From contig CAVRNW010000010.1 of the NCBI GenBank assembly GCA_963722665.1, positions 5,761 through 69,760 on the forward strand: a stretch of 64,000 nucleotides of DNA, written 5' to 3'. The notes under the pieces are model-generated. The model was given only the letters and a program-made list of their open reading frames with translations, made no database searches and was not told the DNA's origin. The position numbers were made by a program, and so were the translations under genes. Positions 21,541 through 34,258 of this stretch are shown one piece after another (position 1 is the first letter of the stretch; each line of letters starts with the position of its first letter). This DNA is from an uncultured Flavobacteriaceae bacterium (GTDB lineage Bacteria > Bacteroidota > Bacteroidia > Flavobacteriales > Flavobacteriaceae).

Positions 21541-22349
21541 TATTTAGTTTGTTCTAGCCACTTATGAGCTTCCGGAAAAAAAGTGCTCCAAAAGGATTCA
21601 TTATGATTGCCACCTTCAATTATTCTATTCATTATTCTGTTTTCATCATGACCTTTAATTAATAGCAGATCTACCATTTTTTGCTGGTCGGGAACTGCTG
21701 TATCTCCTTCCTCAGTTCCTGTCAAAAAGAAAAAATCAGTGTTTTTATTAACTTTGGTTTCTTCTACAAGTTCATAGATGCTCTCATTAAACCAAAACGA
21801 TGGAGAGAATACACCTGCCTTACCAAATGTATCCGGATATTTTATCACAGCATAAAAAGAGATCAGACCACCTAATGACGATCCGAATATGGTTGTATTC
21901 TTTCTGTCAGATAAAGTCCTGTAAGTACTATCTATATGTGGTTTTAATGTATTCTTAATAAATTTGATATAATCATCTCCTTTACCACCACCATATTTTT
22001 CATTTTCGAATGGAGTTAATTCCTCAATCCGCTTTTTATTGCCATGCTCGATGCCAATAACGATAATTTCATTATTGATTATCGTGTCTAAATATTCATC
22101 AATTTTCCATTCCCCAACATAGGACGTTTTATCATCAAATAAGTTTTGCGCATCATGCATATAGAACACCGGATACGCTTTTTGCGAATTTTGATATGAT
22201 TTTGGTAAATAAACCCAAATTGTCTTAACTGTATCCAACTGTTTAGCTACAATATTGAACTTAATAACTTGCTTGCTTGCAGTGGTTTGTGAAAAAAAAT
22301 GAAGGGGAAAAGAGACAAGGAATAAAGCAAAAAAAACAAGTGATTTCAT
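21540..22349 (-). CDS. Secreted alpha/beta-hydrolase, putative esterase family
   Basis: Signal peptide MKSLVFFALFLVSFPLHFFSQ. The nucleophile elbow is IFGSSLGG (GxSxG), and the overall pattern matches the esterase D/enterochelin-esterase-like fold. Confidence 0.6.
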   Translation of the reverse strand: MKSLVFFALFLVSFPLHFFSQTTASKQVIKFNIVAKQLDTVKTIWVYLPKSYQNSQKAYPVFYMHDAQNLFDDKTSYVGEWKIDEYLDTIINNEIIVIGIEHGNKKRIEELTPFENEKYGGGKGDDYIKFIKNTLKPHIDSTYRTLSDRKNTTIFGSSLGGLISFYAVIKYPDTFGKAGVFSPSFWFNESIYELVEETKVNKNTDFFFLTGTEEGDTAVPDQQKMVDLLLIKGHDENRIMNRIIEGGNHNESFWSTFFPEAHKWLEQTK

Positions 22350-22491
22350 TGAATTTCAACTCTGATTTTAGATGAAGTGTAAATAATCCCTCTAAAGTGC
22401 ATATTTTTTTTCGATAAGATACATTTTTATACCGATTATTAATTATTAATAATACTTAATTTTAAGTAATTAATTTAATCCACCCTTTGTA

Positions 22492-22893
22492 ATGGCAAGT
22501 CGTGTCGAAAAATTAAGTCTATTGTCAGAAATGATAGCCTTTGCTAAAGTTGATGATACACTTAAAAGAATAGAGTACAATTTTTTAATTGGGATTGCGA
22601 GGCAACTCGAAATTAACCAAGAAGATTTTGATTACTTATTAAATCATCCTGTAAATTTTGCGTATTTAAAAACACATTCTGAACGAATTGTTCAATTCCA
22701 TCGGTTAGTTCTATTAATGAACCTGAGTGATGAAATTAACAGAGCGAAATGGGTTAAAATTCACAATTTTGGTCTGAGAATGGGTTTAAGTCAGGAATCT
22801 ATAAACAGGGTTTTAGATCTAATGGAAAGTTTCCCTAACAAAATTGTACCACCAGATGTATTAATAGATATTTTTAAGGTCCAGTATAACTAG
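22492..22893 (+). CDS. Small hypothetical protein (weak TerB-like helical character)
   Basis: 133-aa ORF with good coding appearance. I recognise no confident motif. Confidence 0.3.
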   Translation: MASRVEKLSLLSEMIAFAKVDDTLKRIEYNFLIGIARQLEINQEDFDYLLNHPVNFAYLKTHSERIVQFHRLVLLMNLSDEINRAKWVKIHNFGLRMGLSQESINRVLDLMESFPNKIVPPDVLIDIFKVQYN

Positions 22894-24896
22894 TTGACTT
22901 TTAACTTGTCCAACTTTTTTTCATAGTCCTTTATTTTATCTCTTAATTGTGCAGCTAATATAAAATCTAGTTCTTTGGCGGCTTGTTCCATCAATTTACG
23001 ATACTCTCTAATTTTCTTTTCTATTTCAGTTTTATTCAAGTATTCACTTTCCGGTTCTGCAGCTTTTAAAGCTTCCAGTTCGTAATAATAGGAGCTCACT
23101 GAATTTTTTGTCAGGGCATTATCCAAACTCTTATTAATTTGTGTAGGAGTGATGTTGTTCTTGGTATTGTATTCTATTTGTTTTTGACGTCTGTAATTAG
23201 TTTCATCAATCGTTTTTTGCATACTATTGGTGATCTTATCGGCATACATAATAGCTTTTCCCTTTAAGTGTCGTGCTGCCCTTCCAACCGTTTGGGTTAG
23301 AGATCGTGCTGAGCGCAAAAATCCTTCTTTATCAGCATCAAGAATGGCAACCAAAGATACTTCAGGTAAATCTAAACCTTCTCGTAATAGATTAACTCCT
23401 ACCAAGACATCAAACAAACCTTTACGAAGATCCTGCATGATCTCAACACGTTCCAGGGTATCAACATCAGAATGGATATAGCGAACACGAATTTGAATTC
23501 TTGCAAGATACTTAGTTAATTCTTCAGCCATTCTTTTTGTTAGAGTAGTAACTAAAGTTCTTTCATCTCTTTCGACCCGTAGTTGGATTTCTTCAATTAG
23601 GTCATCTATTTGATTCAAACTTGGACGTACTTCAATTTCAGGGTCAAGAAGTCCGGTTGGTCTTATTACTTGTTCAACGTAGACACCATCCGTCTTTTGC
23701 AATTCATAATCGGCTGGTGTTGCACTTGCATATATCACCTGATTTTGAATAGCTTCAAATTCTTCAAATTTAAGTGGTCTGTTATCCATGGCTGCCGGTA
23801 ATCGGAAACCGTATTCAACTAAATTTTCTTTTCTGCTTCTGTCCCCACCATACATGGCATGAACTTGTGAAATTGTAACATGGCTTTCATCAATTACCAT
23901 TAAAAAATCATCTGGGAAGTAATCCAATAAGCAGAACGGGCGAGATCCGGGTTGCCTGCCATCTAAATATCTGGAGTAATTCTCAATCCCGGAGCAATAC
24001 CCTAATTCTCTAATCATTTCCAGATCGAATTCGGTTCGTTCTTTTAAGCGTTTTGCTTCCAAATGCTTGCCAATTTCCTTGAAGTAATCATGCTGTTTTA
24101 CTAAATCATCTTGAATTTCTTTAATGGCATTTTGTAACACATCAGGAGAGGTTACAAACATATTTGCCGGGTAGATAGTTAATACATCATACTTTTCAAT
24201 TACCTGATTGGTCTGGATATTGAAAGATTCGATTTCTTCAATTTCATCACCAAAAAAGTGAATTCTAAAAGCGTCATCAGCATAACTAGGGAATATATCA
24301 ACAGTATCTCCTTTTATTCTAAAATTACCATGATTAAAATCAGCTTCTGTTCTGGAATACAAACTTTGTACTAACTGATGAAGAAGTTTGGTCCTAGAAA
24401 TTACCTGATCTTTTTTAAGCGTAATTACATTCTTTTGAAATTCTACCGGATTTCCAATTCCATAGATACATGATACAGAAGCAACAACCAAAACATCCCG
24501 ACGACCAGATAATAAAGATGATGTCGCACTTAAGCGCATTTTTTCAATCTCTTCATTAATGGACAGATCTTTCTCTATATAAACTCCAGAAACCGGGATA
24601 TAGGCTTCCGGCTGATAATAATCGTAGTAGGAAACAAAGTATTCTACTGCATTTTCAGGAAAAAATTGTTTGAATTCAGAATATAACTGAGCGGCTAATG
24701 TTTTGTTATGCGCTAAAACTAAAGTTGGTTTTTGAACTTTTTCAATTACATTGGCAATGGTAAATGTCTTTCCGGAACCGGTAACTCCAAGCAAGGTCTG
24801 GTATTTTTCATTTGAAAGAATACCTTCAGACAGTTGATCAATAGCTTCCGGCTGATCTCCCGTAGGGCTGAATTCTGAAACAATTTTGAATTTCAT
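22890..24896 (-). CDS. uvrB: Excinuclease ABC subunit B
   Basis: [33 protein letters not shown], the helicase motifs, and C-terminal [12 protein letters not shown] (UVR domain); 668 aa, intact. Confidence 0.95.
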   Translation of the reverse strand: MKFKIVSEFSPTGDQPEAIDQLSEGILSNEKYQTLLGVTGSGKTFTIANVIEKVQKPTLVLAHNKTLAAQLYSEFKQFFPENAVEYFVSYYDYYQPEAYIPVSGVYIEKDLSINEEIEKMRLSATSSLLSGRRDVLVVASVSCIYGIGNPVEFQKNVITLKKDQVISRTKLLHQLVQSLYSRTEADFNHGNFRIKGDTVDIFPSYADDAFRIHFFGDEIEEIESFNIQTNQVIEKYDVLTIYPANMFVTSPDVLQNAIKEIQDDLVKQHDYFKEIGKHLEAKRLKERTEFDLEMIRELGYCSGIENYSRYLDGRQPGSRPFCLLDYFPDDFLMVIDESHVTISQVHAMYGGDRSRKENLVEYGFRLPAAMDNRPLKFEEFEAIQNQVIYASATPADYELQKTDGVYVEQVIRPTGLLDPEIEVRPSLNQIDDLIEEIQLRVERDERTLVTTLTKRMAEELTKYLARIQIRVRYIHSDVDTLERVEIMQDLRKGLFDVLVGVNLLREGLDLPEVSLVAILDADKEGFLRSARSLTQTVGRAARHLKGKAIMYADKITNSMQKTIDETNYRRQKQIEYNTKNNITPTQINKSLDNALTKNSVSSYYYELEALKAAEPESEYLNKTEIEKKIREYRKLMEQAAKELDFILAAQLRDKIKDYEKKLDKLKVN

Positions 24897-24941
24897 TTTG
24901 CAAAATTACGCAAAATATAAATGGAATAATTAGGCAGATAG

Positions 24942-27900
24942 TTATCGTTTTAAGGCAAAATGACCTTTAACTTCGAATTCCATTCCATTTTTCTTAACAA
25001 TGGCTGTAAACCAATAGTCATTTCCTTCTTTTTGAGCTCCGTTGTATGTACCATCCCATCCAGGGGAATTGTGAGCTAAAGTTTTAAGCAATTTTCCGTA
25101 TCTATCATAAACAAAAACAATAGTTCCAGGCATTGTTTCTACGCCGGTAATATGCCATGTATCAAAATGACCATCACCGTTAGGAGAGAAAAATTTAGGC
25201 GTATCTACCACAACTATTTTCTTCGAAATATCACTGCAACCATTGAGATCTATTATTGTTATTGTATGATAACCAAGGCTTACATATTCAAAGACATTAG
25301 ATTCTTGCGGTTCACCATCGTCAAGAACATATAGATAATCACCAATACCGCTGATGGTAACCGTCACATTATTAGGATCTGAAAAATCTATCGTTTCCGT
25401 CATCTCAATTACAGCCTGTTCCGATTCAATTACTCTGAATTCTTTAGTGGTTTCACAACCAAAAGGAGTAGTTACCGTAACCCAGTATTCTCCTATTGTG
25501 TCTATTTCTATTTCTGGTGTTGTTTCATTCGTAGACCATAAATAGGTGTCACCCATATTATTGGTATTTGCACTTACATAGACCGGTATTATTCCATCGT
25601 TCAATCCATCATTCAAACAAAGAGTTAATTGATCTGGAATATCTATTATAGGTAAAGGGTGAACAATAGTCTTGAATTGGGTTACAGAATAACATCCACT
25701 GGAATTATTCTCAATTCGAGCAAAAATGGTCTGATCATTGAAAGCCCAATAGAATTCATTTACTGTACTTTCCCCGGTTTCAGCATTCTCCAGTGTTTCA
25801 TAATAGGAAACCGTGAAATTGGAAGTACTTTGGTTTCCTAATATATAAGAGGTGTTATGAGATAGATTAAATTCGGCTATTTCATCATCATCGTCATCAC
25901 ACAACTCTAAATCAATAGGCGCGTGAGCAATTGGATTTGGGAGAACAATTACATTAAATGACGATGAGATAAAACAACCTGTTATTTCATTTGTAAATCT
26001 TGTATAAATAGTATGCGTATTAATATCGTAAACAAAATCAGTATCGATCTCATTTGTATTGTTAAGTGCATCCGACTGGGTGTTGATAGTAGGTTATACC
26101 TATATCGCTTGTATCATCAACAAGTAATTCATTAACTGATGTTAAGTCAAATATTCCGGATTCATCTTCACAGATCACTATATCATCCAATTCATTGAAA
26201 GCAGGCGGAAGATTCACATTTAATGCTAAAGGAATTGAAACATAACATGTAGAAATAGTGTTTGTTACTCTAACGTACACAGTTTGAGGATTGCTTATAC
26301 TATAATAATTTTCAGGATTCATGATTTGATTTGTCTGGGCAACGAGATCGTCTTCATTTTCATAATAGCTTACTTCAATGTCGTTTTGCCTAACGTTAAG
26401 AATATCATATTCTGATATAGTCAAATCGAAGGGAGCAATACCATCATAATCTACATCGCATACCTCTAGTGGCACAGAAATGTTTGTTTCCGGTGCCTGA
26501 ATTACATTAAGTCCAAATTCTGCAATAGTATAGCAACTAAATCCATTTTCAATTCTGGCAAAAATTGGTTGCGGATTTTGAATGTTTGTATATTCAAGGT
26601 CTATGGCATTATTTTGGTTTTCTGCATCTGTGAAAGAAGAATAAAAAATAATTTCTAAATTTTGTGAAGTGCCATTCGACATTTCGGCCAACTTTTCGTT
26701 AAGATCGAAGGTTTCAACTCCGTCATTACTAACGTCATCACAAGTAAACCAATCTATTGGAGGGTTAAACTGTGGCAAAGGATCTACAACAATGTTAAAT
26801 GACGAGGTGCTGAAACAGTCATTATCACTTAAATTTTCAACTCTAACGTGAATAGTCTGCGGACTTGTTATGTTTAAATAGACTGAATTCTTATCAATGT
26901 TGTTTGTTCTATTAATGGCATCAGCTTCGTGTCTCATAGTATAAAACCTGTTTTCCCGATTGTCCATTCAAAATTTCGGCATCTTTATTCGCAAAAATAA
27001 ACTCCGAGGTATGATCATTATCGCTCTCACATAATTGGTAATTTGATATTGTATCAAAAACAGGAAGCGTATTTACTATAATAGGTATTGGAACGATTGT
27101 GAAACAACTGCTAATCGTACTTTCAATTCTTGTATAAACTGTTTGGGTGGTTGCATTAAAAACTGAAGGATCGAATATGGCATTGGAATCTGTATTTGCA
27201 TCATCTAATAATAGGTGAAATGAAATTTCCAGATCATCAGTATTGGATAGTATCTCAGGTATTTTGGCGGATAGATCTACAACAGACATTCCATCTTGAT
27301 CGTCATCACAAATGACTATATCTGATGGGTTATTTATGGTAGGTGCCGGTATTACGTTGATCTCAAATTGTGTAACATCAAAGCATCCAGTCAAACTATG
27401 CGTGATCCTTGCAAAAATTATTTCCGGATTAGTTACATTATTATAAAATTCAGGTAAAGCATTTTCGTTATTTTCTGCATCCTGCTGTGTATTAAAGTAC
27501 CTTACATGTGTTACAGATAAGTTTCCATTTGAGACGTCTTCATCGTAAATAGACAGATCAATGGATGTAAATCCGTCATCATCAGTATCGCAATAGTCTA
27601 CACTGTCAATTGGTTGTATAAGTAAAGGAGGATTAACCAATAATTGGACTTCAGCTTGTTCCATACAATTTTGGCTTACTATTTCAATATAAAGCACTTG
27701 AGGATTCATAGTATTGACGAAGCCAACAGTTTCATCAACTGCGTTTGTCTGGTTCTCCATATCCTCCGGAGTCAAATAATAGATAACATCAGTACCGGGA
27801 ATACCATTCAAAATAATGGTCTCCATGTTGATTAAATCAAAGATTTCCTTACCATCATTACTGTCATCATCGCAAACCTCAAAGTCTTGTACTTCGGTTC

Positions 27901-29797
27901 CCGTTATAAGTAGATTTGTATGTAATTCAATCGTTGCAATTGAAAAGCAACCCGTTGAACTATTTTCTATTCTCACATATAATATTTGCAATTCCGGTTC
28001 ACTGTTTACAAAAGCATCCAGATCCAAAATAGGGTTGCTGCCACTCATGGCATCATCTATACTTATGTGAATGGAAGTGTTAATACCAGATAAACCTTGT
28101 GTAATATCTCCTATAGCATCATTGAGATCAAAACTGGCAAAACCGTCATGGTCTTCGTCACAAGCGTCAATAATAACGGTAGAAATGGGAAGACTTGGAT
28201 TTTCTAGCACATTCACTGTTAGGGAAGTATAGCTTAAGCAACCTGTTTCAGAATTTTCAACCCGTACATAAATAATATCTGTTGGATTGGTATTAATGTA
28301 AGGCGAAAATATTGGGTTTAGATTATTGGAAGCATCTGCCTGAGAATAATGATAACTAATGTTTAGGTTAGATTGATTATTACTTATTTCATCATTTTTT
28401 ATAGTTAGGTCGATCTCCGTGAAACCATCACCGGTATCGTCATCACATACATTTAAGGGTGTTGGATCAACAATAACAGGGAGTGGATTAACAACTAAAT
28501 TAAAGCTTGTAAAAGCTAAACAACCATTATTTGCATCTTCGATCCTAACAAAAATAGGTTGTGGATTAGCGGTGTTTTGAATAGTTGATGTAATTCCATT
28601 TACATTATTATCTGCATCATTTGCTGTAAAATGATAACTTATATTATAATTTGAGCTTGGGACAGTACCTTCGACTTCTGCATTTTTAATGGATAGATCG
28701 AAAATCTCTGATCCATCGCTGCTGGCATCATCGCATATTTCATAATCTGAAATCGGGTCTGCCGTTTGTTCGGAATTTAATGTTACAAGGACGGAATCTT
28801 CAATTGTACAATCGGAATCACTTAGAGGCATTGTAACTTGAACCGAATAATTTCCGCTTTCAGAAACTACCAACTCTGTGCCGTTTTCTCCAGGAATTAA
28901 TGTGTTATTAATAAACCAATTATAAGTGGCATCAGGATTTTGAATATCTCCATTGATAGTAAAAGTTTCAGAACAGGTAGTAATATCTTCTCCCAGATCA
29001 ACTACTGAATTAAAACTATTTCCTTCAATAAAAACTGCTGAGTCATAGTTTTCATCGGTTTGATCGGCAACAATTAATTTAATGTGATATTGAGTGTTGG
29101 GAATTATATTGGCAGTGGCCGTTAAAACTTTAGTTCTTCCATTATAATTTGTATCTCCAAAATTATAACCTTCAAAATAGGCTTCATTTTCAGCACCACA
29201 AAATCCCACAACTTCCGGATGAATGGTGCTTGTATTTACAGGAGTTGAGGTGCCCGGAATAAGTGCAATATTAGTATATGGATCAGGGCTACCTGCGGGT
29301 TTAATTAAAAATGCAAATCCATCGGAATATTCACAAGGGAAGTTGCCATAATATTCTTCAGAGGCCAGAAGATAATTGAACTGAATCTGATTGGAGATGG
29401 AAATGAAGTCAAATTCTATTGATGTGGCATTTAAAGTATTTGTTATGCCTAATGCTGTTTCCAGATCAAGATCTGTTCCCCAAGTGACATCACCTTCATT
29501 GAGTGTATTAGTATTTAAAGTATTACCTGCCGAAAAAGATTCGCCTGTCGTAAGAAGAATTCCATCTTGAAATGGGAAGCTGGAATCTGCTTTTTCAAAA
29601 TAACCAAAACTGTTCAATCCATTAACAGATCCATTAATACTTGATGTTACGTTTGAAACTTCTACACAACCTTCTATTAAGTTTTCTAGAATTAGATCTT
29701 CTGCTGTTAAGGTATTGTCTACAGTAATTTGCTGAGCTATGGCAATTTGCCCTAGTCCTAAAAAGAAAATAGCATAGAGAAGTAATAATTTTCTCAT
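24942..29797 (-). pseudogene. Very large T9SS-secreted adhesin-like protein (about 1,618 aa). It has a signal peptide, a choice-of-anchor-L-like N-domain, an Ig-like domain, 11 copies of an ~80-aa Cys/DxDxDG module, Ig-like domains and a type B (gliding-motility) C-terminal sorting domain. Two frameshifts.
   Basis: N-terminus MRKLLLLYAIFFLGLGQIAIAQQ. Repeats start with CDDASSDG, CDDDTGDG, CDEDHDG, CDDDSNDG, CDTDDDG, CDDDQDG and so on, and end ..VR[IV]EN..GC..F.L.V. The C-terminus is PKFFSPNGDGHFDTWHI..VFVYDRYGKLL..WDGTYNG..DYWF..KGHFALKR. ORFs 26921-29797, 26062-26967 and 24942-25904 (the frame is actually open from about 26073) join through frame changes near 26940 and 26075. Confidence 0.75.
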
Positions 29798-30061
29798 TCC
29801 AAGCAGGTTAATTATTCAGGTAAATCCTTTGTCTGGGGAGACAAAAAGAATTTTATACGTTTTATTAAAGTGGGAAAGTACTAATAACAAGATGAAATGG
29901 CAAAAAAATACGATGAAATACACAAAACTTTAACGGTATTAGAAATGCAGCTGGTTGATTTCTGAAAATAAGCATGATTTAGGATTAAAAATGCAGATAA
30001 TACCAATTAGTTAAGTGCTTTTACTATTTGGAATTGAGTTGTGAGATTTTTTAAGAGTTTG

Positions 30062-33000
30062 TTATCGTTTTAAGGTGAAATGATCTTTATAGATCCTACC
30101 GTCTTCAAGAGTAATTGCAAACCAGTAATCATCATTTGGGAGTGGTCTTCCATTAACAATGCCATCCCAACCTATACCTGTAGGGTCAATTTGCGTTATT
30201 AATTTACCATATCTGTTAAAAATGTAGATTAGAGTATTTGATTGAAATTGCGAAGAAACGCCTTTAACTTGCCAGGTATCATTATATCCATCATTATTGG
30301 GTGTGAAGAATCTTGGAAAGCCAATTACAGAAACTAATTCTTCAACAATACCACAATCGTTCTTATCCCTGACATAAACTGTATGGATACCAGCAGATAC
30401 ATTTTCAAAGAAATTAATGTCAGTATAAGGTCCAACAATATTGTCAAGAGCGAATTCGTAATCTCCTTCTCCGGAAACCAATACAGATATTGTATTATTT
30501 TGAGTGGCATCAACTACTTCAATATTATTGATTGTAGCAATATTTGAAGGTAAAACAGTAATTGTTCTGGATTTAGAACATCCGTTGATATTTGTTACTG
30601 TTACAGAGTAGTTACCGATTTCATTTATTTGAATATCAGAGGAATTTTCACCAGTCGACCAGTTGTATTCGTAGTTACTTGGTGAATCATTTATTATCCC
30701 ACTTGTTAATGTAATCGTTTCCGGGAATGTATTTAAGCAGTAAATAGTTTCAAATTCAGTTTCTATATTGGGCAATTCAAAAACTGTTAATTGAACTTCA
30801 TTAATTCCATAACAGGCATTTTCATTTTCTACTCGCACATAAATAATCTGTGAATACGCAACAGTATTTGTGTAATTTGTAATTAGTGGATTAAATTCCA
30901 GGAGAGCATCCTCATATGAACCAAAGAACTGAACATCTAAATTATTAGGTAAACCGCTTAAAATATCAGCTTCTGCGTCATTTAAATTAAAATTGGCAAA
31001 TCCATCTTCTGTTCCATCATCATCACATATTTCTAAAATAGCATCGTTGGCATTTGTTGCACTTACTTCTAAAGTCAATTCTGAAATATTAAAGCATTCA
31101 GATGTGTCATCAATCACCTGAACATATATTGTTTGTGGATTTGAATTATTCAGGAAGGCACTACCATCAATTTCATTTTCGCTCATTTCGGCATCACTTA
31201 AAGACAAAAAGAACTTGGTTAATAAATTGGATAGACCCACCAATTAATTCACTATTTGCTTGAGTTAAGTTAAAAATAGTAAACCCATCTGGTATACCAT
31301 CTTCATCACATTGAAAAAGAGATGCGTTTAATGCATCGGGTTTAGGATTTATATTCATTACGAATTCTGTGGTGTCAAAACAAGAGGGGTTTAAGTCGTT
31401 CTGAATTCTAACATATACAATATACGTAAATGCTGTAGAATTGTAATAATTAGTATTCAATGGATTATTCCCAATCTCGGCTTCTGTAGGTGAAGAATGA
31501 TAAGTTATTGAATAATTTGGATCATTCTGACCGTTTAAAATGGAGTTATTGAATTGTAAAAGATCTGTAATAACTTGTCCGTTTGCATAATCGCCGTCGA
31601 TATCATCATCACAAATTTCAACATCCTGAATTGTATTAGCTATTGGAGAATTAAAAACTTCAATGTTAAATGAAGTAAATGAATTAGAATCTGCGCAGCG
31701 ATCTAAACCTACATTCTTAACACGAACAAATATTTGTTGAGGATTTGATGTATTTTCAAAGGCTCCTAGAATTTCATTTTCATCATTTTGAGCATCTAAT
31801 AAACTTTGATAATAGTGAACCGAAAATTGAACACTACTTTGAGCACCTAATACATTAGAATCTTGCATGGCAAAATTAAAGTTCCACATACCGTCATTAT
31901 TATCATCACAAACTAGTATATCGTTTGGCTGATTAGCCACTGGATAGCTGTAAACGTTTACAAATGCTTGTCCTTCTATTGGACAGTCGCCATTATTTTT
32001 ATCAATGGAAACCTGATACTGACCACTTTCTGAAACAATAAAATCAAAGTCAGATTCTGCCAGAGGATTTCCATCTTGAGTCCATATATATGTTGCTCCG
32101 GCAATATCTTCAGACACCAATGCGTATGTCTCTCCTATACATAGATCTAGATTGGTTGTACTTATTCCATTTTGAATAATATCAATTTGTGTATTAAAGA
32201 GAGATTGAATAAACGGAGGTAATCCTTGAGATGAATTATTAGGTGATAGAGAAATGGCATTATGTTGATAATTACTAGCAAACCCATTGGCATTAGGATT
32301 ATTGATAACACCTAAAAATGGTAATCCTGACTGATAGGTCGAACTAAGTGCTCTATATATTTTCCCATCTGGACCAAGTTGTAAACCTCCTCTGTATAGT
32401 GTTCGTTCTTCCAATGTAAATTCAGTTGCTTGAACATTTGCCTGAGTGACGTCAAATTGTGTAAGGGTTGAAAAATGATTGGCAGGATTATTATTTTGGG
32501 AAGGATCTGATTGGTTAAAATAATCATTAGAAGAATGAACATAAAGCAGATCTGCTATCTGGAGAAAATTCTATTCCGTATGCACTTATTATTTTGTGAG
32601 TTAATATTTAACTGCAATTGGTTGCTTACAATTCCTGTAGTCACATCAAAATCATAGAAAAATAAACCACTACTCGGAGTTGGCATTAGCCAGTTTTAAT
32701 CCGTCAGGTGATAATTTTAGATATCCACGTTGGTCATTAACGTTAATTCCAAATGTAGATACTACAGCATTATTACTTACACCTGAATTATTAACCTCAA
32801 ATGCATGAAAAGAATTGAAATTATTGCTATTTCCATTTTGGGAAGCGAAAGTAATAACCCAAATTGACTTGGTTACACAGTCCTTTAAAACGGCGCTAAT
32901 TTTTTCAGAACACAGTGGTAATAAGATTAATGTTTTTCTCTGTTACGGCTCCAAATCCACCATCTAATGATATGTCTATTATAGAATAATTTAGTCCAAA

Positions 33001-33375
33001 ATTATTACCATCCAAGGCATTGTCAACAGTGAAAATATAGTAAATGTTTTGATCGTCCGGTTTAGGAACAATAATAGCAGATTGTGTACTGGAAGAATCT
33101 CCAAATAAACCATTACCATTCTGCATTACTATATGATTCCTATTCCATACCGTGGTTCCATCGGAATAGAATAATAAATTTCCAAATCTATCAGAAATAG
33201 ATGAACATCCTTCATTGGTGCTTAATTGTCCATCATCAACTACGTTAAGAGTTCCGTTTGCCAGATTAGAACTGCATTCCTGCTCCATAACCAAAATACC
33301 AATTAGCAGCTTCTTGTTGGGCATATAGACCCAAAGATGTGAATAGAAGAATAATGAGGGAAAAGATTTTTTCAT
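30062..33375 (-). pseudogene. Second T9SS cargo protein (about 1,100 aa). It has an N-terminal beta-propeller-like domain, an Ig-like domain, 4 copies of the same Cys/DxDxDG module, Ig-like domains and a type B C-terminal sorting domain. At least 7 frameshifts.
   Basis: Reconstructed N-terminus MKKSFPSLFF/LFTSLGLYAQQEAANWYFGYGAGMQF/NLANGTL..EGCSSISDRFGNLLFYSDGTTVWNRNH. Repeats CDDNNDG, CDDDIDGD, CDEDGIPDG and CDDDGTEDG. C-terminus PRFFTPNNDGYNDTWQVKG..IFNRYGKLI..WDGIVNG..DYWF..HFTLKR. The pieces are ORFs 32905-33387, 32312-32542, 31194-32414 and 30062-31243, plus unlisted fragments in 32543-32905. Confidence 0.65.
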
Positions 33376-33402
33376 TTTCAATAGCAAAAGCTATCAAATA
33401 TA

Positions 33403-34227
33403 TTACAAATCTCTCTGTTTTAATAATCTATAGGACAAAAAGATCAAAAGTGCCGTCCAACACAATACAATAATCATTTCTGGTGTATGAACTGCATAGT
33501 CATAAGCCAAATCTCCTTTATCCGGAAATTTCGTCATGGCCACTCTTTGAAAGGGTTGATCGATCAGTTTATACATGGATTTAAGCGGGAAAAAATTCTG
33601 AATTTTTTCTGCCATTTCTATATCTAAATTCCAGGTGATCAATCCAAATGTTATCCACTCAACAATGTAAAGAATAAAAAGAAAACCTAATGCAAATGCC
33701 GAGCGTTTTAAAAGCATTGCAAAGAATAAACATAAACTAAAAAAACCAACAAGTTTAACAAAATATGCCAACAAAAATTCAGTGCCTCTAAAGATCAATC
33801 TGAATTCATCAATGCTGGAGTAGTAAAGTCCAATACAAAGAGAAATGATAAAGATCAAGATCGTGGATACCAATGAAAAGAAAATAATAGTGTAGAACTT
33901 AGACAAGATGAACTCCTTTTTACTGAGTCCGTCAATAAGATTCTGCTTCAGGGTCTTGTTGCTGTATTCATTACCTATCATGCTAACAACTACAATGGCA
34001 AAAAAGAATTTGAACTGAGAAGCAAAAAACGTGGTAATATGCCAGATTATCGGGAAATCAAAAATTCCTAATTCACCTAATTCTAAAGTGAAAAATCCGA
34101 AAAAATTAATTTTAATCGATGAAAGTAGAATAACAAAAAAAGGTAATATGAATGAAATAAATATTAATACTTTACTAACAGTATTTGTTAGCAGTTTTTG
34201 TAATTCCAGATTTAATAATCGCAACAT
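33403..34227 (-). CDS. ABC-2-type transporter permease
   Basis: 274 aa with six hydrophobic segments, immediately downstream of the ABC ATPase gene. Confidence 0.55.
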   Translation of the reverse strand: MLRLLNLELQKLLTNTVSKVLIFISFILPFFVILLSSIKINFFGFFTLELGELGIFDFPIIWHITTFFASQFKFFFAIVVVSMIGNEYSNKTLKQNLIDGLSKKEFILSKFYTIIFFSLVSTILIFIISLCIGLYYSSIDEFRLIFRGTEFLLAYFVKLVGFFSLCLFFAMLLKRSAFALGFLFILYIVEWITFGLITWNLDIEMAEKIQNFFPLKSMYKLIDQPFQRVAMTKFPDKGDLAYDYAVHTPEMIIVLCWTALLIFLSYRLLKQRDL

Positions 34228-34258
34228 GTGTTGTTTGATTTATTTTAGATCGGTCTAG

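Noticed and set aside
29828-29845. The hairpin TTTGTCT-GGGG-AGACAAA between the two adhesin genes as a terminator.
   Set aside because: The stem is short (7 bp) and AT-rich, with no U-tract on the minus (coding) strand, so it is not convincing as an intrinsic terminator.
24942-33375. Possible CRISPR array or tandem DNA repeat, because of the periodic structure of the adhesin genes.
   Set aside because: The periodicity is about 240 nt and exists only at the protein level. The copies are highly diverged in nucleotide sequence, there are no short identical direct repeats with unique spacers, and no cas genes are present.
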